Source of the DNA: Eledone cirrhosa
Lineage: Eukaryota
Length of the DNA stretch: 64,000 nucleotides
Direction: 5' to 3'
NCBI GenBank assembly: GCA_964016885.1
Contig: OZ024743.1
Location: 12,524,001 to 12,588,000 of the forward strand
Shown: piece after piece, positions 61,388-64,000 of the stretch
Layout of the letters: every line of letters begins with the position of its first letter
Position numbering within the stretch: the stretch's first letter is position 1
Translations under genes and position numbers: made by a program
The notes under the pieces: model-generated
Told to the model about the DNA's origin: nothing
Database searches by the model: none
Seen by the model: the letters and a program-made list of their open reading frames with translations, nothing else

Positions 61388-62879
61388 ATAGTGTGTAATG
61401 TTTTTCGAAATATTTACTTCTGTGTTCACAGATTGATTTTTTTAATTTTAGTTTCAGAAGATCCCGTTAAGGGTGAAAGCACCGATTCTTTACTTAAACT
61501 TTAATCTGTTATTTTAATATATATATATATAATTATATATTCTTGTACAGATATTTGTTCATACACAATAACAAAATATAAACAAAAGTATTTATTTCGC
61601 GATAAAGTATTGATTTTCTTCGCACGGAAAAAAAACCCTGGTAATCTACGACGGATTTTTTTTATAAGCACAAAATGTAGACACCATCCCGAGGCCGAGG
61701 TATTCCGTACTTCTCTGTACTGTTATATATATATATATATATATATATATTCGTGTACAGACATTTTTGCATACACAATAACAAAATATAAACAAATGTA
61801 TTTATTTCACGAAGCTCGATAAGGATAAATATATATCAAATATATAAGAACCCTAGAGCAAATCCCGAGCAACGTCGGGTCATTCTGCTAGTAATTATTA
61901 TAATGATCATTACAACGAAGTTTGGTTCAAAAGCTTCGACTGGGAAGGTGTTGCGAGGAAATGAAGTTGGCAATCTTACAACAAGCTTGAGGGCTACAGT
62001 TGTGTAATGTTGTGGGTGCTGAACGTGTCTTACTCTAGCTCTGAAGCCAGAACACTGGTGTTATAGGTCTGTAAGCTGACCAAACCATTTAAAGTGTTGT
62101 TGACTATGAATCAGATGATAGACACGACACAAACTAATGTTTTCCTTTCTGATCTAGTCCCTTCTGTTTATATATATATAACTGAAACTGCCTTGCTAAC
62201 AACAATCTATAACGCCCTCCCTATCTCTTACAGCAAACACAACCTTAAAGGAATTAAATAAAAAGTGTAAGAGAGAGAGAGAGAGAGAGTGGGGTGGGGG
62301 TGGGGGGTTATGGTAGGTAGACGAGCGTATTGTCTGGTCTACCATCTATAATCACTTCTTAATAGTATTTCAATGGTCGTGTAAAGTCACCTCAATATAT
62401 ATCGGCTGGTATCAGCGCTGAGCAAGGGAACCTCTCGACATGTTGAAAATCGCATACAAGTTTCCCCAAATCACACTTAAATAAAGAACATATTGAATAG
62501 TGAAATCCCTGATATATAATTTTACGGGATGGTCATGAGTGGAACTTTTTTTTATCACCGGCCTAATTGATTAGGGTTAATCTGAGATGAAACAATAATA
62601 ACCAAGTTTACTTCGAGTCAACGAAGGAAGTCCTCTGAGCGGCTACATGATCCACGAGATATTAATCTCACTTAGAATTGACAAATGCTCACTTAGAATT
62701 ATAGATAGTGTATTTAGAAAGCATACACCTCTTTTAGACTTAGAATGACATTATTACCCGTTAAAAGAGCATGTCTAATATACATTGCATATGATATGCA
62801 AAGTATTATACACACATTCAATACTTATATACATAAATAAACTTACCAAATCAATTCCCTTTGTATTCAAATCAATGAC
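43621..62879 (-). CDS. Divergent non-NMDA ionotropic glutamate receptor (S1-M1-M2-M3-S2-M4), 5' end not seen
   Basis: join(62847-62879,59583-59612,50920-51117,47676-48030,43621-44369), GT-AG, in frame. Motifs: NKTYIVTTVLSAPH, GFVIDVL, WTGMVGELL, ADISAASLTVTALRQNVVDFSTPF, NSFWF..WQG, PRSIGARIV..WW, GGSTKEAF, FIMESS, PCDL, LKNIWWK, then M4. Confidence 0.9.
45112..45693 (+). mobile_element. Three tandem tRNA-type SINE copies
   Basis: Older copy 45112-45330, then two near-identical copies at 45331-45515 and 45516-45693. Confidence 0.87.
45980..46162 (+). mobile_element. tRNA-type SINE
   Basis: Family consensus. Confidence 0.85.
47124..47358 (+). mobile_element. Second SINE family (tRNA B-box and CORE-like middle)
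   Basis: GGGTTCGATTCC B-box, GTGTTCTTGGGCAAAACACTTCATTTCACATTGCTCC, CTCAGCTGAAAATGAGTACC; decayed relative at about 25385-25640. Confidence 0.65.
47676..48030 (-). CDS. iGluR exon: end of S1, M1 and M2 pore loop
   Basis: tcag|GTG GCT GAT...TGG CAA G|gtacgt; within ORF 47647..48189. Confidence 0.93.
48593..48781 (+). mobile_element. tRNA-type SINE
   Basis: Family consensus; further copies at about 1535-1695, 42502-42622, 49611-49790, 50040-50185, 51428-51601 and 52757-52885, with longer variants at 23310-23660 and 40375-40695. Confidence 0.85.
49384..49478. mobile_element. Small Tc1/mariner-type MITE
   Basis: TA|CAGGGTGCCCC...GGGGGTCACCCTG|TA; same family as 19899-20205. Confidence 0.78.
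50920..51117 (-). CDS. iGluR S1 exon
   Basis: tcaag|TCG GCG CCA CAT...AAT CAG|gtaggt; SAPHVFRNVNETTGAETFSGFVIDVLDDVAKLVGFKYKIHLVHDEKFGSRDSDGNWTGMVGELLNQ. Confidence 0.9.
51615..51684. repeat. 24-bp perfect inverted repeat with a 22-nt spacer
   Basis: GTCGTCAAGTATGAAATTTGTAGA ... TCTACAAATTTCATACTTGACGAC. Confidence 0.9.
52212..52502 (+). repeat. Left copy of a 291-bp inverted duplication
   Basis: Reverse complement of 58574-58864; no differences seen by eye. Confidence 0.92.
52932..53092. repeat. Imperfect palindrome of two decayed hammerhead-bearing units
   Basis: About 75-bp arms around AACCATGGTT; same family as 20739-20815. Confidence 0.88.
53718..54035. repeat. 152-bp-arm inverted repeat with a CTGATGA...GAAA motif
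   Basis: Arms 53718-53869 and 53884-54035, few mismatches, flanked by (TA)n. Confidence 0.92.
54391..54670 (+). mobile_element. Tc1/mariner 5' end relic
   Basis: TA|CAGGGTGTTCGGGATAAA terminus; ORF 54509..54706 KRITCIMMIRAGHQNKEIMVAAQCSLNTVKTIR is HTH-like. Confidence 0.65.
54667..54905 (-). mobile_element. CRE-clade retrotransposon endonuclease fragment (decayed)
   Basis: Minus translation RALARANIPSILEPSGLS*IDGKTLDGLTLCSWSRGRCLTWDVTVSDSFASSHILDAAVRARATASAAERNK, homologous to the 59889 ORF. Confidence 0.75.
55125..55570 (+). mobile_element. Decayed RTE-type LINE C-terminal fragment
   Basis: LEKFKYLGAMFMSDGMQEAELSARIAKADAVMRQ (FKYLG motif). Confidence 0.65.
55575..57265. repeat. Composite satellite of alternating (ATTATTGTGGGTAAAATG)n and (AAATAAAAAACGGATCCCCC)n blocks
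   Basis: Blocks A 55575-55710, B 55710-56108, A 56110-56290, B 56290-57013, A 57015-57265; purine-rich tract to about 57490. Confidence 0.95.
57490..58090 (+). mobile_element. Gypsy LTR-retrotransposon gag-end/protease relic
   Basis: CFFHKKFEAKDTK*PCNF knuckle; VRFLIDTEVGVSVIPAS (decayed DTG); AAAND; WTFTVADAH*PIIGTDFLRAHSLLVD. Confidence 0.8.
58574..58864 (-). repeat. Right copy of a 291-bp inverted duplication
   Basis: Reverse complement of 52212-52502. Confidence 0.92.
58870..59327 (+). mobile_element. Non-autonomous Helitron-like element, 3' part
   Basis: Ends in a subterminal hairpin-like CCCAGGCAACGCTGAG followed by CTGCTAG|T; internal 40-bp direct repeat (about 58919 and 59091). Confidence 0.55.
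59583..59612 (-). CDS. iGluR 30-nt microexon (start of S1)
   Basis: Long pyrimidine tract, ttctag|AAC...TTG|gtaagt; NKTYIVTTVL, compare the AMPA-type NRTYIVTTIL. Confidence 0.85.
59889..60392 (-). mobile_element. CRE-clade non-LTR retrotransposon 3' fragment (restriction-like endonuclease)
   Basis: ORF 59889..60494: RHAALNEVI...[37 protein letters not shown]...KLLKY...PLAVETSGVLG...QRVSLAVLRGNA; GC-rich, 5'-truncated. Confidence 0.85.
60700..61308. repeat. About 300-bp-arm palindrome of Helitron-like units
   Basis: Arms diverge from about 61005; centre GACTAGCAGAAAACC-gcctccaggt-GGTTTTCTGCTAGTC; each arm starts TCTATATATCTAAAACAG then (GTCT)n. Confidence 0.9.
61864..61891 (+). mobile_element. 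Helitron-like 3' terminus
   Basis: Hairpin CCCGAGCAACGTCGGG followed by TCATTCTGCTAG|T. Confidence 0.7.
62847..62879 (-). CDS. iGluR 33-nt microexon upstream of S1
   Basis: ttttacttccag|GTC...TTG|gtaagt; VIDLNTKGIDL, phase 0-0, open into the next exon. Confidence 0.62.
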
Positions 62880-63273
62880 CTGGAAGTAAAATTGAAGCAT
62901 AAATTAAACAAGAATAATGGTTGGTACTATGGTTCAAATATCAAATGAAGATGAAACTTGAAATTATATCAAAATATGAATATATATATATATATATATA
63001 TAAATTTGAGTTCGAGCTTACTTCGTGACAGCTTCGGCACATATCTTGTGTTATGAGCTTTATGAGTGAAATTTAGTAGATGAAAACTTTGAAAAAGCCC
63101 TCACACATATGTACAGGCAGGAGAAGAGTGGACCTAATAGGCCAGTTGGCCTTCATCTATGAATTTGTTGGGTTTGTTTGTCTCAAATCCCAGTTTTTTT
63201 ATGCTGTCATGTTACTTTTTAGTATATGATGTACACTCTATCTCACTCTTTCACATACTATCTCTCTCTCTCC

Positions 63274-63361
<88 letters not shown>

Positions 63362-63362
63362 A

Positions 63363-63666
63363 TAGTTGTCCCCGGTATTCGCGGGGGTTACGTTCCTAAA
63401 GCACCTACGAAGTGCGAAAACCAGCGAATATTGGACGTGGTCCATAAAAATGTCTATAAATGTCAAATATAGGCCGGCAATACGGCATATTGTTATCGAT
63501 AATTTAGCGTAAACTATATATATATTACCACGAAAAAAGCCATAAAAAAATCGTGGAAGATATTTACGATTCCGCGAATATGCGGTGGTTTCCACGAACA
63601 ATAATTAGTTTGGTTCTTAGGAAAATTCCGCGAATAACCGGGACCGCAAATGCCGGGGATACACTG
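63363..63666. mobile_element. Tigger/pogo-type MITE
   Basis: Imperfect TIRs TAGTTGTCCCCGGTATTCGCGG and CCGCAAATGCCGGGGATACACTG|TA, between microsatellites. Confidence 0.7.
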
Positions 63667-63835
63667 TATATATATATATATATTGGACTTCCAATCTTTT
63701 GTGAGGCGAAACCGTCGGTAAAAGCAATATGGATAGGTAAATATTTAAATTATATTTTTTGAATTTATTTTGAAAGATTGTTTGAATTTTGCTTGTCCCG
63801 CTTATCTCAATTTTATAGTTCTGGTATGTCAAATT

Positions 63836-64000
63836 AATTGTTTCTACTTTTGGCACAAGGCCAGCAATTTCCCAGTGTATTACTGGTACTTTATTTTATC
63901 GACCCCGTAAGGATGAAAGGCAAAGTTAACCTCGGCGGGATTTGAACTCAGAATGGCAAGGGCCGTAACTCTATGCGTCAAAGCATGGCGTCCGACCCTC
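63836..64000 (-). mobile_element. tRNA-type SINE, cut by the window end
   Basis: Reverse complement of the family consensus. Confidence 0.85.

Overview
AT-rich eukaryotic DNA with many (TA)n tracts, spliced genes and dense repeats. The SINE, RTE-LINE and microsatellite landscape suggests a cephalopod, probably an octopus (inference). Three intron-containing genes were assembled by hand from GT-AG sites and reading-frame phase. (1) PDCL3, phosducin-like 3: minus strand, 6 coding exons, 18956 to 7039, 241 aa. (2) NUP42/NUPL2, an FG-nucleoporin with an N-terminal CCCH finger: plus strand, 8 exons, 19250 to 39623, 447 aa, head-to-head with PDCL3 and 293 bp between the ATGs. (3) A divergent non-NMDA ionotropic glutamate receptor: minus strand, 5 exons seen, 62879 to 43621, 5' end probably outside the window, with Trp at the Q/R site and TYTASLTNY in place of SYTANLAAF. 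Introns hold RTE LINEs with a PHD finger, CR1/L2, CRE, Gypsy, Tc1/mariner and Tigger relics, MITEs, about 20 copies of a tRNA-type SINE, Helitron-like termini and a 1.7-kb composite satellite. The most striking unannotated signal is a recurring set of short elements sitting in (TA)n tracts that carry hammerhead-ribozyme cores. One is a complete type I hammerhead (20770-20810, minus), and several are built as fold-back palindromes, resembling Penelope pLTRs or retrozymes. Long near-perfect inverted repeats also lie inside the glutamate-receptor introns. All coordinates were read by eye, and repeat boundaries are approximate.
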